64,000 nucleotides of DNA from contig JAURNW010000035.1 of the NCBI GenBank assembly GCA_030829985.1, positions 4,091-68,090 of the forward strand, given 5' to 3'. Source of the DNA: Gammaproteobacteria bacterium (GTDB lineage: Bacteria; Pseudomonadota; Gammaproteobacteria; Eutrophobiales; Eutrophobiaceae). The translations under genes were made by a program, and so were the position numbers. Shown in pieces: positions 50,302 to 61,408 of the stretch (the first letter of the stretch is position 1; every line of letters begins with the position of its first letter). Under the pieces are notes generated by a model that saw nothing but the letters and a program-made list of their open reading frames with translations, made no database searches and had not been told where the DNA came from.

Positions 50302-51657
50302 ATGGAAGAAATTACTCAACAAGAACCAGCATTATCAGCAATAGACTCATTGCATGAAGCGCTAGATCAAGAAAATATTGAACTTGCGCGTGATGTTATT
50401 GGCTCCCTTCACCCTTCAGAAATTGCAGATGTTATTGAAAGCATGCCCGGGTATGAACGTGATAATCTCTGGCAACTAATAGACTCCGAACTTGAAGGTG
50501 ATGTCCTGTCTCATATGCAGGACTCAGTACGAACCGAATTTCTGGAACAAATGCACCCGGATCGCTTGGCCGATGCAACCAAAAATCTGGATGCGGATGA
50601 TGTCGCTGACATATTGCAAGACTTACCTGAAGATGTTGCAGATACAGTTTTGCGATCTATGGATGAACAAAATCTGCAACGTTTATCCTCCATTCTTACC
50701 TACGCTGAAGATACTGCTGGCGGCCTAATGAACATTGACGTTGTCTCCGTAAGGGCTGACGTCACTCTGGATACCGTTGCACGATATATTAGATTACTTG
50801 GTTCAATCCCCGAAAAAACAGATAACCTTATGGTGGTAGATCGTGACAACCATTACTTAGGCGTGCTTCCCTTAACAGAACTACTGGTGAGAGATCCACA
50901 ATCAACGATCGGAGTCTGGATGGAAGAAGAATCTTATCTCTCTGCCAATACACCGAAAACTGAGGTGGCAAAATTATTTGAACAACGAGACCTGTTATCT
51001 GCCGCTGTAATCGACGAAGAGGGTCGCCTGCTTGGTCGTATCACCATTGATGACGTCGTCGATGTTATTCAGGAGGCCGCTGAACAAGCCGTAAGAAGCA
51101 TGGCCGGTTTAGGTGAAGATGATATGTTTTCGCCGGTATTCGTAACAACAAAACGTCGTGCCATTTGGCTTGGCATAAATCTACTAACAGCATTCCTTGC
51201 GGCATGGGTCATCGGTCGGTTTGAAGACACTATTCATGAACTCGTCGCGCTCGCCGTACTGATGCCGGTTGTTGCTGGAATGGGAGGTATCGCTGGCAGC
51301 CAAACACTGACGATTGCTATTAGAGGTATCGCGCTTGGACAGATTGTTAAAACCAACATAAAACCGTTGCTTAAAAAAGAACTTACCGTTGGAATCCTGA
51401 ATGGAGTTTTATGGTCAAGCGTGGTTGCAGGCATTGTACTCTTATGGTTCGACGATCCTTCTCTTGGCCTCATCATCGGCGTATCGATGCTCATCAATCT
51501 TGTCATCGCCGCCTTTGCTGGCGCAATGATTCCTTTAATACTTAAACGTTACGGGATTGACCCTGCTGTTGCCGGTGGCGTTATCTTAACCACAGTAACC
51601 GATGTTGTCGGGTTTATGACTTTCCTTGGATTAGCGACTATTTTTCTTATTACATAA
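50302..51657 (+). CDS. mgtE: Mg2+ transporter MgtE
   Basis: TAGGLM, CBS pair, MGGIAGSQT and TTVTDVVG. Confidence 0.95.
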   Translation: MEEITQQEPALSAIDSLHEALDQENIELARDVIGSLHPSEIADVIESMPGYERDNLWQLIDSELEGDVLSHMQDSVRTEFLEQMHPDRLADATKNLDADDVADILQDLPEDVADTVLRSMDEQNLQRLSSILTYAEDTAGGLMNIDVVSVRADVTLDTVARYIRLLGSIPEKTDNLMVVDRDNHYLGVLPLTELLVRDPQSTIGVWMEEESYLSANTPKTEVAKLFEQRDLLSAAVIDEEGRLLGRITIDDVVDVIQEAAEQAVRSMAGLGEDDMFSPVFVTTKRRAIWLGINLLTAFLAAWVIGRFEDTIHELVALAVLMPVVAGMGGIAGSQTLTIAIRGIALGQIVKTNIKPLLKKELTVGILNGVLWSSVVAGIVLLWFDDPSLGLIIGVSMLINLVIAAFAGAMIPLILKRYGIDPAVAGGVILTTVTDVVGFMTFLGLATIFLIT

Positions 51658-51709
51658 GCTGTAAGTATTTTAAATATAATTATTTTTTAATAACGGCGTA
51701 AGTTTTATA

Positions 51710-52114
51710 TCACCAACTATTTATATCCCTCAGATATTTTTCCAAGTACTTCTTTTCAAATTCTGCCAGACTCCATGGCTCATCTGCCATAAGATGTTTA
51801 TACTCATCTTTAATGACATAAACAAACGCTTGTTGAGCTTCATTTTTAATATCTACCAAACAGCGTTCATATAAAATATCTTCGAATTGGTCAAGCAATA
51901 CTAATGCATGGTCGCTAAGGCCAGAATACAGAATACCCTCGATAGTTTTATTTGGGTTTCTAATAATGCCAGGGTAAGTTTTATTTTTGATCTTGAAACG
52001 TTGATAGCCATTTAATGTGGCTGGAGAAGATTGAAAATCAACACCAACAACCAGCTGCATTACTTCCGGTATTTGTAGTGTGCCGTAGGTAAAAACAGAA
52101 TGTGTAGATGTCAT
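51710..52114 (-). CDS. Gamma-glutamylcyclotransferase (AIG2-like) family protein
   Basis: VFTYGTL, YPGI and LDQFE..YER. Confidence 0.85.
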   Translation of the reverse strand: MTSTHSVFTYGTLQIPEVMQLVVGVDFQSSPATLNGYQRFKIKNKTYPGIIRNPNKTIEGILYSGLSDHALVLLDQFEDILYERCLVDIKNEAQQAFVYVIKDEYKHLMADEPWSLAEFEKKYLEKYLRDINSW

Positions 52115-52252
52115 AAAAGTCGATTATATCTGCGAAATGCTGTAACTACTCAGATGAATAACCTTCTAGAAATTATCTGTACTACCACATGAAAATAAGC
52201 AGGTATTGGCAACCCGATTTATGTTTTGTGCTGGTCAGGTAAAAAATTCAAG

Positions 52253-52594
52253 CTACCAGGTAAACAACACCCATTCAGGAACCTCAGGATCCTTCAGCTC
52301 ATAGTGGGTCGGGTCCAGCTTACCGTTGCCATCCATGTCCTTCAAATAATAAGCCGGACCAACAACTGGCGTTATCTTGACCATATAAAGTTGGCCATTA
52401 ACCCGGTATTCCTCAATCACTGCATCATCTTTACGGATAATAGTAACTTCCGGCTCAATACTTTCCCCGCTAGCAACCGGATCAGGCAACTCCGGCGGTT
52501 CGGGAACAGGCTCCAGGCCACCCGGGTTTGAATTGCCCGCCATTACAAATGACGATGCCATTAGCAGTCCCAATATGATAATAAACCTTTTCAT
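52253..52594 (-). CDS. DUF2782-like secreted protein
   Basis: Signal peptide, EPEVTI, EEYRVNGQLYMVKITP and PEWVLFTW; divergent from polA. Confidence 0.85.
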   Translation of the reverse strand: MKRFIIILGLLMASSFVMAGNSNPGGLEPVPEPPELPDPVASGESIEPEVTIIRKDDAVIEEYRVNGQLYMVKITPVVGPAYYLKDMDGNGKLDPTHYELKDPEVPEWVLFTW

Positions 52595-52774
52595 GCTGTC
52601 CTATCCTTTACAGGTGTTGTGAATCTACTTTACCACCTCAACCTGTATAGATGAAGCAGATCAATATGAATATCGAATATTACATAATTGCATCAGTAAA
52701 AGTCTGAGATTTTTCAGTGAAACTGTCATAATTTAACCTCGATAAAATAATTCAACTGACTAATTCGAAGACTT

Positions 52775-55510
52775 ATGTCCGAACACACAATGGTGCTGAT
52801 TGACGGCTCCTATTATCTATTCCGCGCCTATCACGCTATTCGCGATTTGACTAATGCCAAAGGCGAACCAACCAATGCCATCTATGGTGTCATCAATATG
52901 GTCCAAAAACATTTGACCGAAGGCGGGCCAGATTACTTTGCCATTATTTTCGACGCCAAGGGCAAAACCTTTCGCAATGATTTATACGCGGACTATAAAG
53001 CCAATAGACCACCAATGCCTGATGACCTTGCTTGCCAGATTCAACCGCTACATGATTTGATTCGCGCCATGGGTATTCCGCTGCTGATGATCGACGGGGT
53101 TGAGGCGGATGATGTGATCGCAACGTTGTCCAGACAGGCAGCGAATAGTGGCATTAAAACGATTGTATCTACGGGTGATAAAGATCTGGCGCAAATGGTC
53201 AATGATAAAATTCATTTAATTAATACCATGAGCAATGTCTATCTGGATCCAGCAGGTGTAGAAGAAAAATTTGGTATCCCGCCAGACAGAATAATTGATT
53301 ACCTCACACTGATCGGCGATACCGTTGATAACGTTCCCGGTGTGCCCAAGGTCGGACCAAAAACCGCAGTGAAGTGGTTACTTGAATACGGCTCACTGGA
53401 TAAAATTATTGCTCATGCCGATGAGATAAAAGGAAAGGTCGGCGAAAACCTGCGTGAATTCCTGCCTCAGTTACCTCTGAGTCGGGAACTGATTACACTT
53501 AAATACGACGTTGAGCTGGATTTTGAACCTGAAGATCTGATCATTGCATCGCCAGATAATAATGCATTGAAAAAAATGTATCAACGCTGGAATTTTCGAA
53601 CATGGTTGTCGCAACTTGATGACAGTGATGAAGACGCCATAATTGAAGATGCGCCTGAAGCCACGCAAACGATGCCTGACAAAACTGGGGTAAAAGAGAC
53701 TGAACCAGATTACGAAACCATACTAACAACAACACAACTGGACCAATGGTTATCGCGGCTTAAACAAGCGAAGCTGATCTCAATTGATACAGAAACAACC
53801 AGCCTTGATTACATGCAGGCCAAAATTGTTGGGATATCATTTGCGGTTTGTGAAAATCACGCTGCTTATATACCACTGCAACATGATTACGATGGCGCAC
53901 CCGAACAATTATCTTTAGCAAGCACATTAGAAAAACTTAAACCACTGCTTGAAGACGAAAGCATAAAAAAGATCGGCCAAAACCTGAAATATGATCTGGA
54001 GGTTTTTGCCAACTATCAGATTACACTACGTGGGATAGAGCACGACACGATGTTGGCCTCATATGTCTTAAACAGTACGGCCAGTAGACATGACATGGAT
54101 TCACTGGCTTCAAATTATTTGAACATAGAAACCATTCATTATGAAGATGTCGCTGGAAAAGGCGCTAAACAAATCCCTTTTAATCAAGTGAAAATAGAAA
54201 TTGCCGCGCCCTATGCCGCTGAAGATGCCGATATTGTATTAAAACTACATCGCGTGTTTAGCAACGAATTAAATCAACAGGAAAAACTGAAACAAGTTTA
54301 TAACGAGATAGAAATACCATTGCTAACGGTCATCGCTAGAGTTGAGCGTAATGGTGTTGTAATAGACTCAGACATGCTGCTGCAACAGGGCCATGAGTTA
54401 AAAATAATGATGCAGGAGATTGAAATAGAGGCGCATGATCTCGCGGGGGAAACATTTAACATCGCTTCTCCCAAGCAAATACAAACCATTCTGTATGACA
54501 AAATGGAACTGCCGGTACTGGCAAAAACACCCAAAGGCCAGCCCTCTACTGCTGAATCGGTATTACAAGAACTAGCCGAAAATTATAAGTTGCCCAAATT
54601 AATTCTGGAACACCGAAGCATGAGCAAGCTGTGCTCCACTTACACAGAAAAATTACCACAGATGGTAAACCCTGAAACCGGCAGAGTGCATACCTCTTAT
54701 CATCAGGCGATAGCAGCGACGGGAAGACTGTCTTCTTCAAATCCTAACCTGCAAAATATTCCTATACGCACTCCTGAAGGTAGAAAGATCAGGCAAGCAT
54801 TTATTGCGCCTGAAGGTTATACAATGGTCGCCGCAGATTATTCACAAATTGAATTACGTATAATGGCCCATCTGTCTGGTGATAAAGGTTTGCTAGATGC
54901 GTTTGCTAATGGTCGGGACATTCATAAATCAACAGCAGCAGAAGTATTTTCGGTGCCCATTGACAAAGTTGATAATGATCAACGGCGGGCAGCTAAAGCG
55001 ATTAACTTTGGCCTAATCTATGGCATGTCAGCATTTGGACTTGCTAAACAAATTGGCGTCGGGCGTAGCGAAGCACAGGAATATGTTGATCTTTACTTTA
55101 GTCGTTACCCTGGCGTAAAAATATTTATGGATAAAACGCGTGAACAAGCCCGGCAGCGAGGCTATGTCGAGACCGTGTACAATCGACGTTTGTACTTACC
55201 AGAAATAAATGCACGTAATGCGGCAAGACGGCAATATGCTGAAAGAACCGCTATAAATGCCCCAATGCAAGGCACAGCAGCAGATATTATCAAACTCGCA
55301 ATGATCAACATTGATGCGTGGCTACAAAATTCAGCGATAGATGCAAAAATGATCATGCAGGTTCATGATGAGCTAGTATTCGAAGTTGCAACTGATGGGC
55401 TAGAAAATTTTATGACTGAGGTCAATTCACGGATGTCAACGAATGATTTCCTGAGCGTACCGCTTGAAGTTGACATTGGCACAGGCAAAAATTGGGACGA
55501 AGCACATTAA
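52775..55510 (+). CDS. polA: DNA polymerase I
   Basis: LIDGS, EADDVI, DTET (3'-5' exonuclease), ADYSQIELR and QVHDEL. Confidence 0.98.
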   Translation: MSEHTMVLIDGSYYLFRAYHAIRDLTNAKGEPTNAIYGVINMVQKHLTEGGPDYFAIIFDAKGKTFRNDLYADYKANRPPMPDDLACQIQPLHDLIRAMGIPLLMIDGVEADDVIATLSRQAANSGIKTIVSTGDKDLAQMVNDKIHLINTMSNVYLDPAGVEEKFGIPPDRIIDYLTLIGDTVDNVPGVPKVGPKTAVKWLLEYGSLDKIIAHADEIKGKVGENLREFLPQLPLSRELITLKYDVELDFEPEDLIIASPDNNALKKMYQRWNFRTWLSQLDDSDEDAIIEDAPEATQTMPDKTGVKETEPDYETILTTTQLDQWLSRLKQAKLISIDTETTSLDYMQAKIVGISFAVCENHAAYIPLQHDYDGAPEQLSLASTLEKLKPLLEDESIKKIGQNLKYDLEVFANYQITLRGIEHDTMLASYVLNSTASRHDMDSLASNYLNIETIHYEDVAGKGAKQIPFNQVKIEIAAPYAAEDADIVLKLHRVFSNELNQQEKLKQVYNEIEIPLLTVIARVERNGVVIDSDMLLQQGHELKIMMQEIEIEAHDLAGETFNIASPKQIQTILYDKMELPVLAKTPKGQPSTAESVLQELAENYKLPKLILEHRSMSKLCSTYTEKLPQMVNPETGRVHTSYHQAIAATGRLSSSNPNLQNIPIRTPEGRKIRQAFIAPEGYTMVAADYSQIELRIMAHLSGDKGLLDAFANGRDIHKSTAAEVFSVPIDKVDNDQRRAAKAINFGLIYGMSAFGLAKQIGVGRSEAQEYVDLYFSRYPGVKIFMDKTREQARQRGYVETVYNRRLYLPEINARNAARRQYAERTAINAPMQGTAADIIKLAMINIDAWLQNSAIDAKMIMQVHDELVFEVATDGLENFMTEVNSRMSTNDFLSVPLEVDIGTGKNWDEAH

Positions 55511-55650
55511 AAAAGGATTTGAAATACTTTATAATCCAGCAGAGATAGCCTTATAATTTCAATTATGACATTCGCGCATATATGCTAAGATATTTATCAA
55601 ACTTGAATTATTAAACAACGACTCGTCGACCCTCATCGAATTAAATAATT

Positions 55651-56400
55651 ATGTTAATCATTCCTGCCATAGACATTAAAAACGGAAAGTGTGTACGCCT
55701 TAGTCAAGGACAAATGAACAAGGAAACCATTTACTCTGATGACCCTGTCGCAGTAGCTGACAGATGGATAGAAGCAGGGGCAAGACGACTGCATATCGTA
55801 GATCTGGATGGTGCTGTTAACGGCACCCCCAGAAACGCAGATATTATTAACTCAATTGCTGCTGCACATCCCGATGTGCCGATACAAGTCGGCGGCGGGA
55901 TCAGAGACGAAGATACGATCCAGACTTATCTGGACGTTGGCGTTTCATTTGTCATTATCGGTACACGTGCAGTCACCACACCTCATTTTGTCTCTGATGT
56001 ATGTCTTGAATTTCCTGGTCACATCATAGTTGGGCTAGACGCAAAGAACGGCAAGCTGGCTACAAATGGCTGGTCAAAGCTATCTCACCATGACGCAAAT
56101 GACATGGCACGGCGTTTTGAAGATGACGGCGTAGCAGCGATTATCTTTACCGATATTGGTCGTGATGGAATGTTAAACAGTGTCAATATCGATGCGACCA
56201 CTGATCTTTGCCGTGATATCACCATCCCGGTCATTGCCTCTGGCGGAGTCAGCAATCTTGATGACATAAGCGCCTTATGCAAAGTTAGTGGTGAAGGTAT
56301 TTTTGGCGTCATCACAGGTCGAGCCATATATGAAGGCACCCTGAATTTAACTGAAGCTCAAAAACTAGCCGACGAACATTGCAGCTATAAGGCTTATTGA
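55651..56400 (+). CDS. hisA: ProFAR isomerase
   Basis: [29 protein letters not shown] and TDIGRDGM. Confidence 0.96.
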   Translation: MLIIPAIDIKNGKCVRLSQGQMNKETIYSDDPVAVADRWIEAGARRLHIVDLDGAVNGTPRNADIINSIAAAHPDVPIQVGGGIRDEDTIQTYLDVGVSFVIIGTRAVTTPHFVSDVCLEFPGHIIVGLDAKNGKLATNGWSKLSHHDANDMARRFEDDGVAAIIFTDIGRDGMLNSVNIDATTDLCRDITIPVIASGGVSNLDDISALCKVSGEGIFGVITGRAIYEGTLNLTEAQKLADEHCSYKAY

Positions 56401-57173
56401 TGGGTCTTGCCAAACGCATTATACCTTGCCTTGATGTAGATAAAGGCCGGGTAGTCAAGGGTATTCAATTTGTTGATATCCGTGATGCCGGAGATCCTGT
56501 TGAAGTCGCAAAACGCTATGACCTGCAAGGCGCCGATGAAATTACCTTTCTTGATATAACTGCCAGTAGCGACGACCGCGACACCATGGTTCATGTTGTT
56601 GAACAAGTCGCAAGCCAGGTATTCATACCACTAACTGTTGGCGGTGGTATACGAACGGTCGAAGATATCAAACGCATGCTCATCGCCGGAGCTGACAAAG
56701 TCAGTATAAATACCGCTGCTGTAAATGACCCGGAATTTGTACGTCAAGCAGCAACACAATTTGGATCGCAATGTATTGTTGTCGCGATTGATGCAAAGCG
56801 CGTAAACGGGGATAACGCTAATCCACGTTGGGAAGTGTTCACTCACGGTGGTCGTAATACTACAGGCTTGGATGTCATCGACTGGGCAAAAAAAATGGCC
56901 GGATTTGGCGCTGGCGAGATATTACTCACAAGCATGGATAGAGACGGCATGCGGGATGGTTTTGATCTGGAACTCACCAAGGCGGTATGTGAAGCGGTAA
57001 ACATCCCAGTGATTGCTTCTGGCGGGGTTGGCTCGCTTGAACATCTTGCTGACGGGATAATCTATGGCAAGGCAAATGCTGTGCTGGCTGCCAGTATATT
57101 CCACTTTGGAGAACATACGGTTGCTGAAGCAAAAGCATGTATGTCTAAACGTAACATCGAGGTCCGTTTGTAA
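56400..57173 (+). CDS. hisF: Imidazole glycerol phosphate synthase cyclase subunit
   Basis: [16 protein letters not shown] and LAASIFH; TGATG overlap with hisA. Confidence 0.97.
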   Translation: MGLAKRIIPCLDVDKGRVVKGIQFVDIRDAGDPVEVAKRYDLQGADEITFLDITASSDDRDTMVHVVEQVASQVFIPLTVGGGIRTVEDIKRMLIAGADKVSINTAAVNDPEFVRQAATQFGSQCIVVAIDAKRVNGDNANPRWEVFTHGGRNTTGLDVIDWAKKMAGFGAGEILLTSMDRDGMRDGFDLELTKAVCEAVNIPVIASGGVGSLEHLADGIIYGKANAVLAASIFHFGEHTVAEAKACMSKRNIEVRL

Positions 57174-57188
57174 TATACGGTATTTATC

Positions 57189-57572
57189 ATGGCTTCATGG
57201 CTGGACAAGATTAAATGGAATAATGAGGGCTTAGTCCCGGTGATTGTGCAGGAACTGGATACGGGACAGGTGCTGATGCATGCCTGGATGAACAGGGAGT
57301 CACTACAACAAACTCGAAACAGCGGGAAAGCTGTCTTTTGGTCACGATCTCGCCAATCACTCTGGACTAAAGGAGAGTCGTCCGGCCACTTCCAGCTGGT
57401 TGAATCGATAAAACTGGATTGTGATTTCGATACATTATTGATCACCGTCAAGCAGGAAGGCGGCATGGCTTGTCATACTGGCCGGCATCATTGTTTTTTT
57501 ATGACATTGTCGGATGATGAATGGCAAACGACAGAACCCGTTTTAAAAGATCCGCACGACATATATAAATAA
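57189..57572 (+). CDS. hisI: Phosphoribosyl-AMP cyclohydrolase
   Basis: [20 protein letters not shown] and ACHTG. Confidence 0.95.
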   Translation: MASWLDKIKWNNEGLVPVIVQELDTGQVLMHAWMNRESLQQTRNSGKAVFWSRSRQSLWTKGESSGHFQLVESIKLDCDFDTLLITVKQEGGMACHTGRHHCFFMTLSDDEWQTTEPVLKDPHDIYK

Positions 57573-57582
57573 CAGGCTTGAA

Positions 57583-57903
57583 ATGAAACAAGATATTCTT
57601 AATTCTCTCTCGGAAATACTGGAGCAACGAAAACAGGCTAACCCAGACGAGTCTTACACCGCTAAATTATTCAAGGATGGCTTGGATAGTATCTTGAAGA
57701 AAGTTGGCGAAGAAGCAACAGAGGTTATTATTGCGTCTAAATCCGGCGATAATGCTTCTATAACTCACGAAGTTGCCGACTTATGGTTTCATACCCTGGT
57801 TTTGCTTAAATACCATGAGTTGGACTATACAGACATTCTCAATGAGCTTGAGGGTCGGTTCGGGTTATCTGGGCTGGAAGAAAAAGCCCGTCGAAAGGAA
57901 TAA
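57583..57903 (+). CDS. hisE: Phosphoribosyl-ATP diphosphatase
   Basis: SYTAKL, KKVGEEATE and EVADLWFH. Confidence 0.95.
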   Translation: MKQDILNSLSEILEQRKQANPDESYTAKLFKDGLDSILKKVGEEATEVIIASKSGDNASITHEVADLWFHTLVLLKYHELDYTDILNELEGRFGLSGLEEKARRKE

Positions 57904-57999
57904 TCATAGCGACGAACATTAGCACGAGCTTGCTTGTGCTTATAAAATCAGGTCAACTAGTATTTAATCTATAAATAAAACTATGTGGAGAATATAAGT

Positions 58000-58236
58000 A
58001 TGGGTTTTGGTGTCTCCGAACTGCTAATTTTGCTAATTATTGTTGCCTTGTTGTTTGGCACTAAAAAACTGCGCAACATGGGTGGCGACCTGGGAAGTGC
58101 GGTAAAAAGCTTCAGAAGCGCAATAAAAGATCCTGAAGAAAAGGAATCATTAAATGAGGCCGCAGACAAGTCAACAAATGGCAAAGTCATTGAAGGCAAA
58201 GTCGAGCCACAAAATGAAGACGCTTCAAAGTCCTGA
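58000..58236 (+). CDS. tatA: Twin-arginine translocase TatA
   Basis: [16 protein letters not shown]. Confidence 0.94.
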   Translation: MGFGVSELLILLIIVALLFGTKKLRNMGGDLGSAVKSFRSAIKDPEEKESLNEAADKSTNGKVIEGKVEPQNEDASKS

Positions 58237-58267
58237 CTGTTAAATATAGCTCTTAGTTGATATAGCC

Positions 58268-58555
58268 ATGTTTGATATCGGGTTTTGGGAGCTGATTATT
58301 ATCGCCATCATTGCATTAATTGTCATCGGCCCGGAACGACTGCCCGGATTTGCTCGTGATGCAGGCAAGTTTGTTAATAAAATCCGTAATTTTGTAAATA
58401 GCGCCAAAAGAGAGCTCGAAAAAGAACTTGAGTTTGATCAGGTTAGTAACCTCCATAAAGACATTAATCATATTGACAGGCTGATGAAAGAAGCGCCCGA
58501 CCGCGACCTGATTAATAAAGCGGTAAATAACGACGATACTAAAATCAATAGCTAA
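58268..58555 (+). CDS. tatB: TatB
   Basis: MFDIGFWEL...GPERLP. Confidence 0.94.
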   Translation: MFDIGFWELIIIAIIALIVIGPERLPGFARDAGKFVNKIRNFVNSAKRELEKELEFDQVSNLHKDINHIDRLMKEAPDRDLINKAVNNDDTKINS

Positions 58556-58573
58556 GCCCGTTCTATCTTCATA

Positions 58574-59338
58574 ATGACGAATGCTGAGACCGATTCCGGC
58601 CAACCCTTAATCGCACATTTAATAGAATTGCGTGTGTGTGTACTACGAGCGGTAATTTGTGTCTTCGTTGTATTGCTAATCTTGTTGCCATTTTCAAATC
58701 AGATATACAGTTTCATCGCCACACCACTAATAGCGAGACTACCTGAAGGTAGCAGCATGATTGCCACAGAGGTTGCATCTCCTTTTTTCGCGCCTTTCAA
58801 ACTAACCTTGTTCTGTGCCATATTTTTTACAATCCCTTACATTTTATATCAGGCCTGGTCGTTCATTGCGCCCGGCCTATATAACAATGAAAAAAAACTG
58901 GCTATCCCACTATTAATAAGCAGCAGTTTGTTGTTCTATCTTGGCGTAGCGTTCGCTTATTATGCGGTGTTCCCTTTGCTGTTTGCTTTTTTAACAACAA
59001 CCGCGCCCGATGGCATACAGATTATGACGGACATCAATCATTATCTTGATTTCATCATTAAGCTTTTCTTTGCCTTTGGGGTTTCGTTCGAGATACCGAT
59101 TGCAACATTTTTACTGGTCCGCGGGGGTATAATCAGCGCTGATAAACTGGCACAAAACCGACCCTATATTATTTTATTAGCGTTCTTCCTTGGTATGTTG
59201 TTAACGCCACCGGATGTGATATCACAAGTTTTGTTAGCTGTTCCAATTTGGCTGCTATTTGAGAGTGGCTTGTTAATGAGTCGACGCTACGGGAAGTCAA
59301 AAGAACCCTCTGAAAACGAAGATCATACTGCTGATTAA
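58574..59338 (+). CDS. tatC: TatC
   Basis: HLIELR, FIAPGLY, FEIP and LTPPD. Confidence 0.96.
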   Translation: MTNAETDSGQPLIAHLIELRVCVLRAVICVFVVLLILLPFSNQIYSFIATPLIARLPEGSSMIATEVASPFFAPFKLTLFCAIFFTIPYILYQAWSFIAPGLYNNEKKLAIPLLISSSLLFYLGVAFAYYAVFPLLFAFLTTTAPDGIQIMTDINHYLDFIIKLFFAFGVSFEIPIATFLLVRGGIISADKLAQNRPYIILLAFFLGMLLTPPDVISQVLLAVPIWLLFESGLLMSRRYGKSKEPSENEDHTAD

Positions 59339-60741
59339 TTAATAGCGGTGCTTGCCCAATTAGAACGTCGTTTAGTTTCCAGACCATTTTCAAAATCGAT
59401 CAATTTATTTTTTATTGCGGCACCTACACTAATCTGTGGATCCGAGTTCTTGAATCCTTCTTTGTTTTCTCTGGCGTAAATAATTTCAGAGGCTTTATTG
59501 AAAGCTTCTATAAATGACTGCGTTTGTCTCAGACCTTTATCAAAGTAGGCATCGCCAAAGTAAGAGTATTTGCCGTCGTGACCACAACCAAAAGAGTTCT
59601 TGTCTGCACTTGCTGCAGTAATAACTAAAGTATATGGATCGGCCAATGGCTCTATGAAACCGCCTGAATAACAGGCTGATACTATTATGATGCGCCATTT
59701 AATTCCGGCCACGTCCAAAGCCGACTTGATGGTATTTGCATTAATGTTATTAAGCTTGAATGGAGGAAAGTTTATAGACAAATAGTGATCCGAGGTTCCG
59801 TGCGATGTCAAAAAAAGAAATAATATATCTTCCTCAAGATTCATTAGCGTTGCTATTTGTTTAATACCTCGTTTTAAATTGGGGCCGTTCGCCAATGGGA
59901 ACTTATCAGCCGTATAAGCATTGTTAATTAAGCTCAATGAACGGCCATAAGCATCAAAATGGTTTTTAGTGATGTTTTGTGCGGCCAATGCTTCATTCAT
60001 AAAAACATCTTCATCTGCATCGCCGGCAAAACCCAGGTAAAATAAATCTGTGACCCCTTCAGTGCTCTCGGCAATATTGCTCAACTGTTCCTGAAGTAAG
60101 CTATTTTGTGAATAATAGATCGTTTCGATATCTATTTTAGATGCTGTGTTTACTGTTTGTTTAGCAATTGGCTTTTCGGGAAACCAGAGCGGTTCGGTTG
60201 GCAACAAAAACAACGGGACAAAATTAATCACCGCATACAAAAAAGTATAGAACAGGGTCGACGCAAAGCGCAGGTAAAAGAATCGTTTAAACAGGCGGGC
60301 GGCGACCAAAAAATACCACAGGGTATAAAGAAGAAATATTGCCCAGCTTGAATAGAATTCATCAAAATAGGTCTGTTGTTTTTGAAGCAATAACAAGCAG
60401 ACTGTTCCTAACCAAATAACAGGCACTATCGACAAAAACAGCACGGCTAATTTTGCCATATCTCGTTGTCGTGAATTTAATACGGCGATTAGGCTTAGAC
60501 TGAAAAAGAACAACAAATACAGCATGGCTTGATAACTAAGACCATAAGGATTAAAAACATTATCAGGCGCGGTATCAAAATAATCATGGGCACAAGTCAA
60601 CCCTAAAGAAACAACAAGAAGCAGACAGACTTGTAAATAACTGCTTTTGAATAGCCACAACCGAATCGGCATAAATAGAGCGGCACGCGTACCCGCCAAT
60701 ATATTTTTTACAAGGTCTGTCAGCATTCTGTAAGGGCTCAA
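59335..60741 (-). CDS. C13 (legumain-like) peptidase with N-terminal TM region
   Basis: FLTSHG (His), VSACYSGGF (Cys) and SFGC. Confidence 0.85.
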   Translation of the reverse strand: MSPYRMLTDLVKNILAGTRAALFMPIRLWLFKSSYLQVCLLLVVSLGLTCAHDYFDTAPDNVFNPYGLSYQAMLYLLFFFSLSLIAVLNSRQRDMAKLAVLFLSIVPVIWLGTVCLLLLQKQQTYFDEFYSSWAIFLLYTLWYFLVAARLFKRFFYLRFASTLFYTFLYAVINFVPLFLLPTEPLWFPEKPIAKQTVNTASKIDIETIYYSQNSLLQEQLSNIAESTEGVTDLFYLGFAGDADEDVFMNEALAAQNITKNHFDAYGRSLSLINNAYTADKFPLANGPNLKRGIKQIATLMNLEEDILFLFLTSHGTSDHYLSINFPPFKLNNINANTIKSALDVAGIKWRIIIVSACYSGGFIEPLADPYTLVITAASADKNSFGCGHDGKYSYFGDAYFDKGLRQTQSFIEAFNKASEIIYARENKEGFKNSDPQISVGAAIKNKLIDFENGLETKRRSNWASTAIN

Positions 60742-60787
60742 TTATTCGTCCTTTAACTAAATTGCAGACTCGAAAGAAACATTAATG

Positions 60788-61204
60788 CTAAGATTGCTCC
60801 CACGGTAAGCCGTGAAACCGCCAACCATTAAGACTGTTTCTATGTCCATTATCATCTTTATCTCCCTCAAACCCCTCGAGCACATTGTACACATCAGTAA
60901 ACCCGTCTTTGATTAACATCTCACCGGCCAGCTTCGAGCGAGCCCCGCTTCGACAAAGCATTAGCAGCGGCATATCCTCTGTCGAAACACCTGTTGGCGT
61001 TTGTTCCGCCAATTTCACGCGTAGCCTCTCAACAAAGTCCGAGGCAGTATCCCAGTCCGGGGGTTCTCTCAGCGGCAAATGTATGGCGTTTAACGGGTGG
61101 CCGACAAATTCATATTCCATCGTACTTCTAACATCAATAAGTGTCGCGTCAGGTTGTTGTTCGAGGATCTTAAAAGCCTCTATTGGATTAACTTCTTTTA
61201 TCAT
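60788..61204 (-). CDS. Rhodanese-like domain protein
   Basis: LIDVRS, LCRSGARS, EGFEG and GW...GLPW. Confidence 0.9.
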   Translation of the reverse strand: MIKEVNPIEAFKILEQQPDATLIDVRSTMEYEFVGHPLNAIHLPLREPPDWDTASDFVERLRVKLAEQTPTGVSTEDMPLLMLCRSGARSKLAGEMLIKDGFTDVYNVLEGFEGDKDDNGHRNSLNGWRFHGLPWEQS

Positions 61205-61408
61205 TTTAATCTTCTCATAGTGGTATGGTTAAGCATATTTCGTCTCTTAATGGCTTAAATGCTCCAGAAAACGATTACTAAACTGCATTCATTCAATAGT
61301 TTAGTCAAAGATTTATTGATCACGTGTGACTGGGGCATTAACATTAGCTGGCTTTATCAAAATAACAATAATTTACAGTAATTTTTAAAACTTTCGGTAA
61401 TAAAACTA

